Shown piece after piece: positions 28,260 through 40,740 of a DNA stretch of 64,000 nt. A program made the translations under genes and the position numbers. The stretch lies in contig JAYWIR010000032.1 in assembly GCA_036172245.1 (NCBI GenBank), positions 744,001 through 808,000 on the forward strand, written 5' to 3'. The stretch is from Raillietiella orientalis. Lineage: Eukaryota. Numbering within the stretch: the first letter of the stretch is position 1; each line of letters starts with the position of its first letter. The notes under the pieces were generated by a model that was not told the origin of the DNA, made no database searches, and saw nothing but the letters and a program-made list of their open reading frames with translations.

Positions 28260-29350
28260 AGAAGCTCCTAGTGGGCCATCTCTAATGGTGGACTTTTGTG
28301 GATCATCCATTCCGGTGCGGGACTCCTCCAGGAGCAGCGTAGTAGCGACCAATGCCGCTGCGGAAGGCCCGCCACAGAGACTGGAGCTCCCCCAGGCAAT
28401 TACCGCACCGGGGCTGAAGGTGTGGGAGGTCTCCTCTAGATGAAGATGCTGCCAAAGAGGAGGGACAGCCCGCTCTTCACGAAGGTCCCTCGTTGGCGGG
28501 AACGCCCACTCGATCTCTTTGCAAACCATCGGAGGAACCCGACCTCAAGGAGTGAGCGGCCTCACGCGCGACCCTCGGTTCCTTCCATACTGCCCTCCAC
28601 TCCCTTTCTCGCCTCTTGCATCTTCTCGCAAGAGGGAACACATCCCGGGCCAGAAGCAACCGAGACCTGGACTTCGCCTCAGTGGTGTCTTCGTCCTTGG
28701 AGACGACGTCTTGGCCATCCCCCAGATATCGTCCTTTCGAACGGGGCGGGCTCCCTGCTCGCGGGTATCCCTGACCAAAGCGCCTGCAGCGGACAGACAC
28801 TTCCTGGGCCGGGTCGGGTGGCCACTGAGCTCGGGGTACCCCGCTGTGACGCAAAAGGTGGAGCTCGTCCTGCGGCCCCAGGCGGGCACCTTCCTCCCGC
28901 GATCCGCCTGGATGAGGGTGGAGGATCGTTCCTCCCTTCCCAGTGCCTTTCCGACCTCTAGTGACGTAATATCCCGAGAATAAACTCGTGAGGAAAGATC
29001 TGCTGTTTCCTTAGTGACCCTGGCTGGAGTTCGAAACCAAAACCTCCTGACCCCACAAGCACCAGGAGATGGCTCTTCCGTGAAGAGGTGGCCCGCATAC
29101 GTTGCGCCCCCCCCCCCTTCCTCTATCAGAGTTTCCGGAAGCGTAGGTACACCCCGTGGCGTGTTTCATCCACTTGCGTCTCAGGGATGGCGCCCAAATC
29201 CCTTGTTACCGGAGGAGGAGGCGATGGACCGCTCCCTTCTTTTTCTGCCACCGCCTGCGGGGGAACAGGGGAAAGGGTGGAAAAGGGAGGAGGAGGGGGC
29301 AAGGGGGGAAAAAGGGAAGAGTGATCTCGGTTTGTCCGTTTGATTTGGAG
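28260..29350 (+). mobile_element. Possible 5' end of a related LINE upstream of the eagle coding exons
   Basis: Nested stems plus the gaagatgctg motif shared with the 33.6/35.3 kb repeats; weak ORF1-like peptide in 28519-28983. Confidence 0.3.
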
Positions 29351-30279
29351 GGAGGGCCCTCCCTCCCGCCTTCCTGCTGCTTTTCTCCCCACAAGGGTCT
29401 CTCATTAGTCGTCATCTGCGCGACCCCCTGTTTACTGTTGGGATGACCCCGACTCTTCATTTCGGGATTTAAGGAAGGGGAGTGACGGAGAGAACCAGTC
29501 ACAGCCCCAGGGCATAGGCAGGAGTAAAGCGCCAGACGTGAGCTTCTTGGAGTGACCTCGGGACGGGAGAACGGGCTTCCGCGGAACATGCCACTAGGTC
29601 CGGGACGCAGATGCTGAGAAGAGGCTGCCCGAGGGCGGTCACCTCGACCTAAGGTTCATGGCGAGGAAGCAGGAAGGACACTTTTTTTTTTTTTTTCCTG
29701 CGCTTTTCGGGACAGCACCGCGCAATGGGGACCTCCATGGGACGGAAATGCAGAGGCGAGCATGTCCGAGAGATGGTGCCTTCCTTTCTCCCGCAGATGT
29801 CGACGCTGATCTTTCGTGCTCCTTCTCGCCGTGAGAGATCGTAGGGAGTGGTCCGGGAGTTATCCAGGGAGAGTCCCACGCGCCGCTCGTTATCCCGCCC
29901 AATCCTGCCTTCTTCGCGCAGACGCACGCGGCGGCGCAAGCTCCGTTCGCTCGCACCGTGCTCCGAATGGACCGACTCAACCGAGACGGCGGTTCGGCCC
30001 GGCGTCGGCCGCAGCGGCCGTGAAGCGCCGAGCCTGCGCGCGGCACACAAAAAGCCGATGCCTTCGCGACGTCTCCGAAGGAAAAGAGAGGAGGAGGAGA
30101 AGGAGGAGGAACAATAGCGGTTGCAGAACGGAGCGGGCAGACAAAGCGGTCGGTCCTTGAGGGTGGCCGCACGAACTAGAGCGCTCCGACCGTGACCAGG
30201 AAGCGGAGCTCTTCCTGGTGATGGAAAGCGACCAACTCCCTCACGTTCCCACAGCATCAGCAGACCACAACAGGAACAC

Positions 30280-30720
30280 CTCCTTTCCTTTGCCTACTCG
30301 TCCCCGTCTTCCTTCTCCTGTTGCCTGGTACGTTTCCGTTCCTCCCTTCCTGAATATCTTATCCTACTTCTCCTTTATTCCACATAGTCCCGAATTTCTC
30401 CCTTCCTCCTCTTCTTCCTCCCTTCCTTCTTTTCCTCATCCTATCTTCCTCCTCGTCCTCTGTTCTTTCTCCTCCTCAATTTCTCTTCTTCTTCCCTTCC
30501 TCCTCTTTCTTCTCCCTTCTTCTTCTTTCTCCTCCCCCTTGCCCTCCTTTTCTCCTCCCTTTCTCCTGTTCCTCTTTTTTCCTTCTCCGTTCCCCTTCCT
30601 CTTCCTTTTTCGTTCCTCCTCCTCTTCTTCCTCGTCCTCCCCTCCTTCTCCTTTCCTCCTCTTCCTTACCTTTCTTCCAGCTTTCTATCTCCATTATTTC
30701 CGATTTCTGTTTCCTCACCC
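30280..30720 (+). repeat. Polypyrimidine (TCC/TTC) low-complexity tract
   Basis: Mostly C/T for about 440 nt. Confidence 0.9.
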
Positions 30721-31080
30721 CTACGACTCCTTTACACCTGCCGGGATATGCAGGGGTGGTCGAGTCCCGGCAGCTTTAGGAGAGGAACACCCGGACGATA
30801 TCCAGCACTTCCCGGAAGAAGCTTTCCGGAAGCCGCCGTCTCAGCGGCGGTCGGACGCGGAAGAGTCGAAAGCCAGCACGGAGAGCCACGTGGGTCAGGA
30901 GTGACCATCTCACTCGCCCACCGGAGACGCCGGCCAAAACAAGAAGAGCGTACCTTTCCCCACGGGATGATGCGAGTGCCAAACGAGGCCTGGGCGGATG
31001 CGGAGTTCACCATCCTCCCTGTGCAAGCGCGTTCCCTTCCGAGAATGAGCCGGGGAAAAACACGCTCTCCGGGAGGACGG

Positions 31081-31112
31081 AGGGAGCCAAGAGCGGCTCG
31101 CTGCCCTCTCCC

Positions 31113-31143
<31 letters not shown>

Positions 31144-32900
31144 TTCCGCGCCTCCTCTCCGGAAGACCATCCGCTGTCCTCCCGGGCCGCCACCGCACGC
31201 CGGGCGCTCGTCTCGGTTATACGAAAGTAGATGTTCCAGATCTCTCCGTCGCTCCGGCGACGCACACGCGTCTCTCGAGCGGCGGCGAGCGCGCGCTGAT
31301 TCCGGCCAGCAGCGCTCTTTCATCCCGGGGTGTGCGCGCGCGCTCGCGCGCAGAAAACTCGTGCATTCCGCGCGCGCGCGCGGCGACAAGATCTCGCGTC
31401 GTTGTCTAGACAAAACATAACTCACCTCGAGCAGGATTTGCTCCTGAGAGCGAGGAAGAGGGGGAGCTCTCTCTCTCTCCTGACCAACGGTACAAAACGC
31501 CCCCTTTCAGAGAGGCCCAATGCAATCTGACATGAAAGTAGAAAGAAAATGTCGAGAAAGCGGAGCGCTTCTTTTCTCTACGGATGCTGGAAAAAGGGTG
31601 AAAGTACCGTTAGGGGTTATCCGATCAGACACAAAGTGTTGACCCAGATGCGTCCTGCAGTTAACCCTAACGCGGCGTCCTGCCTGTTGCGGGCCCGGCA
31701 GCGAAAACACAATAACTCCTCTGTTTTTTTTTTTTTTTTTCTTTTCCTTCTTCTTCTTCGTGCTCCCCTCCTCCCCCTCCTTCTTTTCCGGGGGTGGCAG
31801 CGGAAAGATTGGTTCGGGGAAACACGGCCGACTGCTTACAGGGCGCGCTGCCGGCTCGCCTCCTCTTCTTCCCACTTCCTCGCCAGAGGTGGTGCGGCGG
31901 CGGGCCACTCGCATTCCCCTCCCCACCTCCCTTCCCCTCGTTTTTTTTCCCACGTGTCCCAGGAGGAGGAGGACGGCGAGGGTTCGGTCGCGAATCCGGA
32001 CCGGTCGCTTCCTCCTCCGCTGCTTAGCCACCCCTTCCGTCTCTGCTTACTCTGCTCCGGAGGCTGAGGAAAGTGAGTGCGACACCAATCCAGAAAAATA
32101 GGCAATGGTGGGGGAGGGAAAACGTGGGACGGTGGAACATCCGCGGCGGCCTCTCTCGGAGAACTGCCTGACGGCGCCACTTTCACTTTTCCAGGGAGGC
32201 GTTTAGAAATTTGTCAGGAGGAAAAGTAGATGCATTTGGACTGGCAGAAGAATGTGCTCGCGCGCGCGCGCGCGCCCCTCAAGGTCGGATGCTGGGCTCC
32301 CCCGAGCGGCCTTGATCTGCGTACCTGCCGCCGCGATGCTCCCAGAGAGCAGCAGGCGGCCAGCGACGACCGAAACCAGAACCGAGGGACGGGAAAGGGG
32401 GGGGGAGGGGAGGAACAAGCGTCCCCGAACGCCACCGCCGGCGAGGGGCACCTGGGCGCGTTGGGTCGAGGTCGACGAGCGTTCCTCCGCAGCCGCCATC
32501 ATTAAGGGGGAAGCGGCTCGAGCATCGACGGGGTTCTCGATTAGCTCCAGGAAGGACGAACCCTGTCCCGTTGCCCCGTCCGCCCGCGAGGCTTCCGGAC
32601 CGCTGGCGGGAAGGAGCAGCAGGAGGAATGCGAAACTTTTTTCATTTTTTTCTTTTATTTTTATGTTTTCCGCGGCTGCTAACGGAAGACGCTTTTCAAG
32701 GACGCCGCGATTCGGTTCAGAAAGTGCACTGCGGCGCAGCACACTTTCACTTTCGGCCATCTTTTTTCATTTTTCTTATTCGTTAGAAGAACCGCGCTAC
32801 ATAATTAGACTGGACTTCTCCGCAAACAATGGCTCCTTTCACTGGAATGACCTGATTCTTACTCGAACAACACTCGCATAACGGTCAAAATACCCCCAGG
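31081..32900 (-). promoter_or_regulatory. Candidate promoter / non-coding 5' exon region of the eagle-like gene
   Basis: Consensus minus-strand donor GAG|GTGAGT at 31426/31425, (AG)13 at 31117-31143, CG-alternating runs at ~31331-31385 and 32259-32275, high CpG density. An upstream exon is implied by the acceptor before the ATG; its location here is inferred. Confidence 0.35.
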
Positions 32901-32999
32901 TGGCGAAGATGAGCCCCTTTGGAACAATCTTCCCTTTTTCGGAGCAACATCACTGAACCACTTTAAACTCCGGTGCCGTTCCTTCCAGCCTTCCTAACG

Positions 33000-33836
33000 G
33001 AGTCAGTTCAGTGACCTTCGAAGTCGCAGGCTGCTTTCCGAACCTTTCCTGCGTTCCTGCTGCGTCTTCTTCCTCCACGGCCGCAAGGGCGCTGCGCTCT
33101 CAGACGTCGTGAGACGAGCAGCGTCCCCGAAACCATGGAGATACCTCGTCCAGGGCGCCTTAGGCAGCGCCTTTCCCAATCCGGAGGTCGGCCGATGGTG
33201 CCGCCAGTCGATCAGCGCCGCACTGTGGCTTTCGGCCACCAGCTGCGGAGCGGAGGGCTGATGGCGGCAATGCGCCTTCCCGTTTTTCGAGCCGACTTCC
33301 TGTTCTCGAAAAGCTCGGGGTCTCACAGGGAAAATGCAAAGACGGGAGGAGATTCTGCACAACTTCTGCGACCTTGCCCATCTTGGTCGCTGTCAAGGAA
33401 ACGCTGGGCCGCGGGAAGCGAGTGTTCAAGAGGGAGGGGTGAGGTGCTCCTCGTTGAGGGCGGGATTTTTGACCCACGCGATTCAACCTTCAGCCCTCCT
33501 TTTACTCTACGTCGGGTGTTTCCTCTGCTGGAGCCGGACCTGCCTGCTCGGATTACTGCGTTCTGAGGGTCCGAAGATTAATGGTCTTCTTCTGGTCGGC
33601 ACGACTATGTAGGTCAGTGCTCCGTCGTTAGGAGGGTGTCCTAGCTGTGTCCACTAGATGTCCTCCGGCTGTGTTGGACGCCCAGCATCTTCTCGCTGGA
33701 GGATCCTCTCCGAAAAGCGATAAAACGAGACCCCCTATGGTTGCCTGTTGGTGTCTATTGGGCCGGAGAAAATCCCCATGGTGACGAAACTGAACAGAAC
33801 ATCAACGACCTCATGACCGCCGATGGCAATGTGGAC
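33000..33836 (-). mobile_element. 5' end of LINE: structured 5' UTR plus ORF1 remnant
   Basis: 33638-33836 is a diverged direct repeat of 35338-35542; downstream GLGKALP...RYLHGFGD is ORF1-like. Confidence 0.45.
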
Positions 33837-33899
33837 GGGACTTTTTTTTAGAAGTTTCATGACATCGTACGCACGGAAAGAACAAAAAGGATGGATGGA

Positions 33900-34350
33900 C
33901 CACATCATGGGTAGCAAAATGGCGAAGACTGTAAAAGAACGCAATCCTCCCTACACTCGATGTGATCCCTCGGTTCAGCCAATAAAAGGGCTTGGTTGAT
34001 CCTCGGGTACGTTCGGGAAATTTCCAGCACTCGCAGGAAGTCCTTGGAACCCCAGCATCCGTGAGCATCGAGCGTCGCACAGGCAGAAGCGCGGCCAGGC
34101 AGTGGGAAAGGGACGAAGCGTCCGACGTTTGGAAGCTCGGGAGCAAAAAAGGGAAAGATTTTCTTCCCTGTGCATCTTGTCCTCATTTGGGGAATGGTAC
34201 CAGCGAAGTGTACCAAAGATGGATGGTGTCTGAGCTGCCAAAAGGGAATGATGCTTTTCTGGGTCCTCCTCGAAACACTTCGAGCATCCAAGCAAATGAA
34301 ACGACAAGCACCGAGCATTGGATATGGATCTCATCTCTCTCATGCTTTCC
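33900..34350 (-). mobile_element. Ty3/gypsy integrase zinc-binding region fragment
   Basis: ERT......FYW....I..V remnant. Confidence 0.3.
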
Positions 34351-34649
34351 TCCCCCGAGTGGATTCAAAAGGAAAAAAAAAAAAAATTTGTGAATTCCTC
34401 TATCCCCAAGTGGAGATGTCAGAGGTCAGAATAAAAAAAGAAATTCAGGGCGCAAAAATCCAAAGTCTGAATAAAACCATCCTTTCCATCTCCATAAATA
34501 ACAGAACGAATAACGAGACACCAGTAAGGGGAGGTTCCTGAGAATTTTATCCTGGCTTGCGGCCAGAAAAGACTCGCAGAACGTGGGGATGAGGGCGCAT
34601 AAGCTGAAGACACCTAAAAAGTCTGGTCATTCGCATCCATTCATCATTT

Positions 34650-35542
34650 TCTCACTTTCAGAGTGGAACCCTTTGTTCGTCTTTGTGAAGATTTCACGGG
34701 GGAGGTTTTTCTGAGGGATTCGCATCGAGGCTGCGCAGTCAAGAAACCAGCAACCTTACCTGACGCCCTGCGGCGATGAAAGGATGGCATTCTCTTGCAC
34801 CACTCCTCTCCTTCCGCAGTCACGTGATTGAAGGTACTGGCAGCTTTGGGAGAGTTTCTGTGCCGCACAGCGCGAGGTGCGTTCGGTGTGATTCCAGTCC
34901 CCCGCACGACTGCGTCCCTGGCTTGCTCCAGCTGCCAGTGGGAACACCTGATCCTTTTGCATACGTGTCTCTGAAGCGCAAGAAGCCACAGAGAAACAAC
35001 GGAAGCGACCACGACCGACTGCCTGGGACACAGAAAGCGCGTGGTTAAGCGTGCCTTTTGTTATCTCGAGTCCGAAGGCCAAAGAGAAGAGCTTCAGAAC
35101 TTTTAGAGTGGTTCTCATTGGCCGAAGTCGGAAAGTTGGTTCAGATGAGCACCGCCTCGCTCCCGAAGTGCTCAAGAAGTCTGGAAGGTCTCTACGACGT
35201 AAGTATGAAATGGAGAGCTGCCTAACAGAGCACCAATAGATTGGGTAAGGAACCGCTCCGTTTTCAGTTAAACCTGCCAGCTTAATCAGGACCAATTTCG
35301 AGGTCCCAAGCATCGGCAGTTCTTTGCGGCATCAGTAGGTATCCTAGCTGTTCACTAGAGGTCCTCCGGTTGTTCTGGGCACCAGCATCTTCTTGCTGGA
35401 GGATCCTCTCTGAAAAGCGACAAAATGCGGCCAATAGGCAATTGGTGGCCTATTGGTGTCTCTTGGATTAGGGAAAAATCCCCATAGTGACGACAGCTAA
35501 CGTAACATGAACGCCGTCATGACCGCCAATGCCTGTATGGAC
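34650..35542 (-). mobile_element. 5' end of LINE: structured 5' UTR plus ORF1 remnant
   Basis: 5' UTR repeat at 35338-35542; downstream RRM-like LSISYL..DFL..G and zinc-knuckle remnants RCF..C / CKRIRC. Confidence 0.5.
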
Positions 35543-35739
35543 AAGATGCTAGTGTGGGCGGGACGGGAGGTTACCTGCAGCATCAGGTAGCCTGCTCTTC
35601 AGTTCTGAGACCATAACACAGAGGGTTCACATCTTCAGAGAGTTCAGCGCAACTTTGCGATGATCTGGGCCGGAAACGCCTGTCGGTGGATCGACGTCTC
35701 CTTAGACTTGGGACCTCGATCGGCAGGTGGTTCCTAGGA

Positions 35740-36800
35740 ACGGGACGGAAACCAAGCCTTCCAGCCCACCTGGCCGCAGAGTAGGCCGCAGAGAGTCAAC
35801 AGCTCCGTAGCTCCTTCAATGGGATTCATTCTCACTTCACACTGATGCTCGAAGAGACAAGGAACGGGAAGTGAGCGGCTGCCCGACCTGGGAGCGCGCG
35901 ACGGCAGATCGAGGGGGATCGAGCACCTCGGAGTGCAGCATGCCCTTCGTGGACGACCGTCTCCCCGAGCAGCAGGAGGAAGGCGAACCGGCAAACTCCT
36001 TCCATCGTCTTCCCACTTTTGGCACTGCGACCACGTCTGCGGTCGTCTCCGACAACCGGAGGGGCGAAAGACGGCCGGCAGAGCAGAGGGCAACTTAGTA
36101 GAGTCATGAAGACAACGCCCTCGAGTGTCGTCCGTCCTAGGAAACACGCAGGGTTCCGGGAGGCAAAACATTCGCGGGATATCCCGCGAACGAGTAGCTG
36201 ATTCGCCTTCCCATCCCGGATTGCCGGTCCGGTACGAAAGAAACCACCGTCTCTGGGGACAGAACCGGGGAAGGGAAGGAAGAGAGGGGACCAATAAGTA
36301 AACCGACCAGCTACACGGTACTCGGCATCATTCCCAACTGTCTTCCTTGCGAGAGGAAGGAATGGGAGGATGAAGGAGTGAGTTCAGCGGCGCCAGGGTG
36401 CTCAGTCGCACCCCGCAACTCATGCTGGTCCAATTGGCTGCTCTTCGGACGACTGCTGCCGCACTCCGCGCACACACGTGGCAGGGTCTGTTCAGCGAGG
36501 AGGCAGCCGCAAAGGCAGTCCCCAGGCACAGGGGGCGAGTGACCCAGAGGCGCGCTTCTTGACCGCTGACGCAGCCTTCCGCATCCCAGCAGGAACGTGA
36601 GGCAGGGTTCGCGATGTCCCGGAGGAGGGTGCGTGCTCGTTGGCCATTCTTCGCTCCAGGGAGGAGGACAGTGGGGAGATGACACTCTTCGTTTCGGGAA
36701 GGTCCGGCGAACCGCGTCGTCACGCGCGTGCGAGGGTTCGGGCAAGGAAAATTCAGGAGGCGGCGAGGAACCTTCGCGACGCTTGCTGGAGCGCTGCGTC
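35740..36800 (-). mobile_element. Divergent L1/Tx1-like 3' fragment
   Basis: E-TLPHV-LLGC recoverable with frameshifts near 36580-36625. Confidence 0.35.
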
Positions 36801-37399
36801 GATACACCCCACGAGGCAAGCGAGCGGTCCCTCAGAGCTACCTTCCCCGCCTCCTCTCTCGTCTGGAAGTGCGATTCCTTCCCCCTTCCCTCCCCCTCCT
36901 CCTCCTACCGAGAGAGCGGAAGACCTTCTTCACTGCAGAAGTCCCACCGGAGACGGGGAGTTTTCTTTTTTTTCCGAGAAAGGATTCGCGGCGCTTCTCC
37001 CGCCTTGGATCCCGGAAGGACTCCTCGTTCGCGCTCCGTCCCACTGCGCCTCTCCGATTTCCCCGCGCCTCCCTTTCCCGGAGATCGAGGAGTTTCCTCG
37101 CGCGGACGGACCTGCTCTCCCGCCATCTGTTGGGAAAATCCGAAGGGTTCAGCGGAGAAAAGCTCGGAAGCCGCTCCGCCGCCTTGGCATCCACGTTGCG
37201 GCTGGCAAGGAGGATGCTCGGCTCTTCTCATACAGCCTGGTTGCGAACGGTGGTATGAGGAGCTCCCCGTCCTGCACAGCTTCCACCCTCTTCAAGCCAG
37301 ATTCCTCCTGCCACAAGCAATCCCTTCCCGTGGCGTTCGCTTCCACGGAAACTTCTAGAAGGATGAGAAGGGACTTTTTTTTATGGAAGCTTCATGAGA

Positions 37400-38910
37400 T
37401 GCAGCATTAAAGTTCATCTTCACCAAAGGAATGGTCGTTACGGATGGATGGCGGCTCCGGGTTGCGTCTCTGGCCCTCTCCGATTCCACGGTGACTCCTG
37501 AAGCTTTCCCTCTTTCCCTCCTTGGAAGGTCTCACTCCTTTGTGATTCTGCCTCCAGCCTGAGGTGGAATCTCTCCTCTGTGCTGCGTCTCGTTCGGAGC
37601 CAAAGACCAGCCTGTGGCTCCCTAAACTGCCATGGTATGCAGCATCTTCGCGAATGGTCAACTTTCCTCTTTCTGCTTGCGGAGCGCTTTGGGAAATTAC
37701 AAGAACGCGCATTCGAGTGCAGAAACGGGGTTGCGGCTCCTGACCGCATCTCTCCCGCCACAACCAGGGTCGCAAACTCGTCCTTCCTGGATTCATAGGG
37801 TGGTCTCTCCGAGAATACTCCCCAACTTGAAGAGTGGAACATACCCTTGGGTGATGTGGACAGCGCTGAAAGAGCTTTGTGGGTCCCCACAAGGAGGCAA
37901 ACGGTTCTTCAGCACTTGGCGAACCAAAAAAAGAATAATTCCTAGAAGACCACCGAGAAAGCAAGCTACTTCCTGCAGGACGTGATGCCTCCAGAAACGA
38001 CAGCAAGAGGAGCTATCCTGGATCAACTGCATCGTGAAAAGAGGTTCTTGCTATTGAACACTGTTGCGAACTGGGAACTCGAGTAACTCACCAGGGCACT
38101 CTCATCATGATCTGCGTCGACCTGAGCTCTCCAGGACCTGAGAGCAGCTCCTGCCAGAGACCTGAGCACATCCTTAGATCTTTCTGTGCGATCCCGGTTT
38201 TCCCGCAGTCGCATGCTGTCATCAATAAGCACTCAAGGTTAACAGAACCCTAGATCCCAACAAATCCTGGACACTGGAAGACACGTGCTGTGCGACCAGC
38301 TTTTCGGATGGTGAGTTCTTCTTGGAAAGATGTGCAGGACAAACAAGCAGAAAAATGAATAAATACGAAAGCAGCCGTTTGAATCAGTGGTCCTTTGATC
38401 TCAAGGAACACCATGGATGGGACCTCCTTGGTGGCTGACCGTTGTGTCAATTTGATGAAAATGAGGAAGTTTGATGACACTGCAACTCGAAGGGCACACC
38501 TTGGAGAATCACTCTTCCAAGTAGAACTCTCCGAAAATGTCTCCGAAAGCATTGGGGACTCCCGCGAGTGTCCTTGAGACACGTTCGTTCTTCCGCTAAA
38601 GTGGGAGGACTCGCAGCACACCTGAAGGCACCCTTGCAACGTCCTCTGGCATCACTGGACCCAAGGAAGACACTGGACCCGAATTGTTCCACGTGAGAGG
38701 ATGTGAAATCCTTCCTGCACCTGTTGTTGGATCGCGTTGTCCTCCGCGTTTCGCTACGGTCTTCCAGCTGCCGATGGACAACAACCCCAGTGAGGGTCCC
38801 ATCATCCTCTTCATGCGTAGAGCAGTCTGCTTGCCGCGGCGGTCATAGCACTCCTCTCCCTTCCTCTTAATCCGACGACCCTAGGACTTCATTTGAAACA
38901 TAAATAAAGC
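37400..38910 (+). mobile_element. L1/Tx1-like LINE fragments (APE-adjacent region and zf-RVT-like remnant)
   Basis: Homology to 49190-49350; HHWTQG / DPNC / FLHLLLD remnant at ~38640-38735. Confidence 0.5.
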
Positions 38911-39049
38911 AGCAACTCAACGGGAACCGAGTTCCCAGAAAACAACAAAAGGAAGTTCAACAGGAATGATCACCGGCACGCAAACCGGCTTCTTGGACAG
39001 TCGGATGAGGGAGGGAAGGGACAATAAATAATGGGAAAAAACACAGGAG

Positions 39050-40030
39050 AGTAGGGACTTTGGTATGGAACGTTCCTTCCTTCAGGGAACCAGCTCTGTG
39101 TGACGACTCCTCTTGCTTCGCCACCGCACAGCCCTCCCCACGTACCGACGGCCTCCCTTCTCTGTGCCCGGCAGCCATGCGCAGATCGACGTAGTCCAAA
39201 CACCAAGCTTATACGACACCAAAGCCAACCAAGCAAGCCCAAGAAGAAACAACTGGGTGAGTGGACAGCTCGGGAGTTGACGGACGCTGCCATCCCGATT
39301 GTCCCACCAAAAGGACTGCTACTCCGGTGAGAGCTACTAAAAATTCCTACGGAGGAGGTACAGTGGCCCCACCCCTAAATTTGCAAGAGTCGGTGATCCT
39401 TCTTGCATTGGGACCTCCGATGAAACGCCCGCCGACACCACTGGATCCGGGGGAGTGCGAATCCAGACTGCGGCAGTTGAGGCGAGAGAGAGTCCGTCCT
39501 GCATCTGCTCATGGATTGTATGGCCCTCCATTTCTTGTGGGAATGTTTCTCCACATCCCTGAGGATCCCCGAAGGGAACCCCATTTAAAGTGCCTCTTCC
39601 TGCGCTACGGTCTTACGCCGGCCGCATCCCTAGCAGCACTTTGCTGCCCACGCGGCGGGGTCATGGCTGCATGGAGCAACTCCAGAGGAGGCCACAATGA
39701 CAGGGACGCCATCTATTCTGATATCTTCTTCATGAGGACAGCGTGTCAAGATGACCCCACCTGGGAGGCTTGAAACAGGAACTTGCCGGCATCCTGCAAA
39801 AGATGAAGAGAACGCCCTCCCTGCCTTTCCAAGCCCTCCAAATTTTTTGTATTCTTGTTTTCTTCCCTCTTCCCCCCCCCCCGCTGCCGAGGCGAGCCTC
39901 GCCTGCCTGCGTGCCGGTGCTTGTGGGGTTTTTCTTTGTATATTTATAACGTGGCAGGACCGAGCCTCCTGCCACTGACACGTATGTTTATTTTTTTATC
40001 AAGAAACGCCCCTGCTCAAACGGATGTCAA
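39050..40030 (+). mobile_element. L1/Tx1-like LINE 3' fragment
   Basis: LGEWTARELTDAAIPIVPPKGLL; shared 3' motif ggcatcctgca..agatg..gag; T-rich 3' UTR. Confidence 0.65.
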
Positions 40031-40740
40031 GCCAAGCGGGCCTGTCGTCATAGCAGCTGAGGTCCAAACACGTGCACACGGTGGCGAACATTTGCGAAGA
40101 GGCAGCCACCAAACATTCATTCCCTTAATAGGAGTCTCTTTCAACCACGAGTAAAGCTGGTCAGCAGGAGAGAAGGCGGTGGGAGCTGCGAAGAAATCCC
40201 TCCTCTAAGTCTTTTCACGTACTTCAAATATACCGAATGACGCATTCAGCAGCAGTCGATGCGCTCAAGGGTGTCTCGGGATCGCGGGAAAGGATTTTCC
40301 AACTTTCCAATTTCCGTTGGTGAGCAACGAGTCACCATGGAGCCGGGAGGTCATCATGCCAGGATCTGGGCGCCTTGGGGCCACTCAGATGAACGCGGAT
40401 ACCGGAATTCAGCTTGCTCATAGGGACCCCCCCCTTTTTTTTCCTTCCAGGTGAAGACAACACAGATCAACCCCTGAGAAAACACCTCTGAGCAGTCTGG
40501 GGTCGCCGAAAGCATCTCCAGTGTGCGTCTTCTTTGACGGGTTCGTGCTTCATCCTCTGTGCCTTGTTTCCATCACGACGGAATCCATACATCTTTTCCG
40601 TGCTTTCTTGTTCTAACCAAAGAGAGCGGCGTTGCGTAGGCGACGAGCTTCGCTTTCCTCTGAACCTCAGAAGAGCTCAAGGGAACTCTGGTTTCCGGCT
40701 CAAAACGGGTACCAAGATGAGGACCGGTTTGTCCACACGA

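Noticed and set aside
16010..31960. Su(H)-like YGTGRGAA sites around the gene
   Set aside because: Scattered and unpaired; the count is not clearly above what chance gives for a degenerate 8-mer (about 1 per 8 kb).
21624..32881. Many overlapping 150-320 aa ORFs on both strands
   Set aside because: Low-complexity R/P/G/S or E/K/F translations expected from GC-rich and purine-skewed DNA; no domains recognised.
33660..33760. HDV-like ribozyme on the + strand (GUCCUCC/GGAGGAU P1 with G-U wobble; cccagcatcttctcgctgg resembles HDV)
   Set aside because: P1 is followed by CC instead of the GG needed for P1.1, the loop does not fit the L3 consensus, and there is no clear catalytic J4/2 segment.
34800..34950. 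Plus-strand zinc knuckle (RCVRC..H..C)
   Set aside because: The minus-strand reading fits better with the adjacent 5' UTR and ORF1 remnant.
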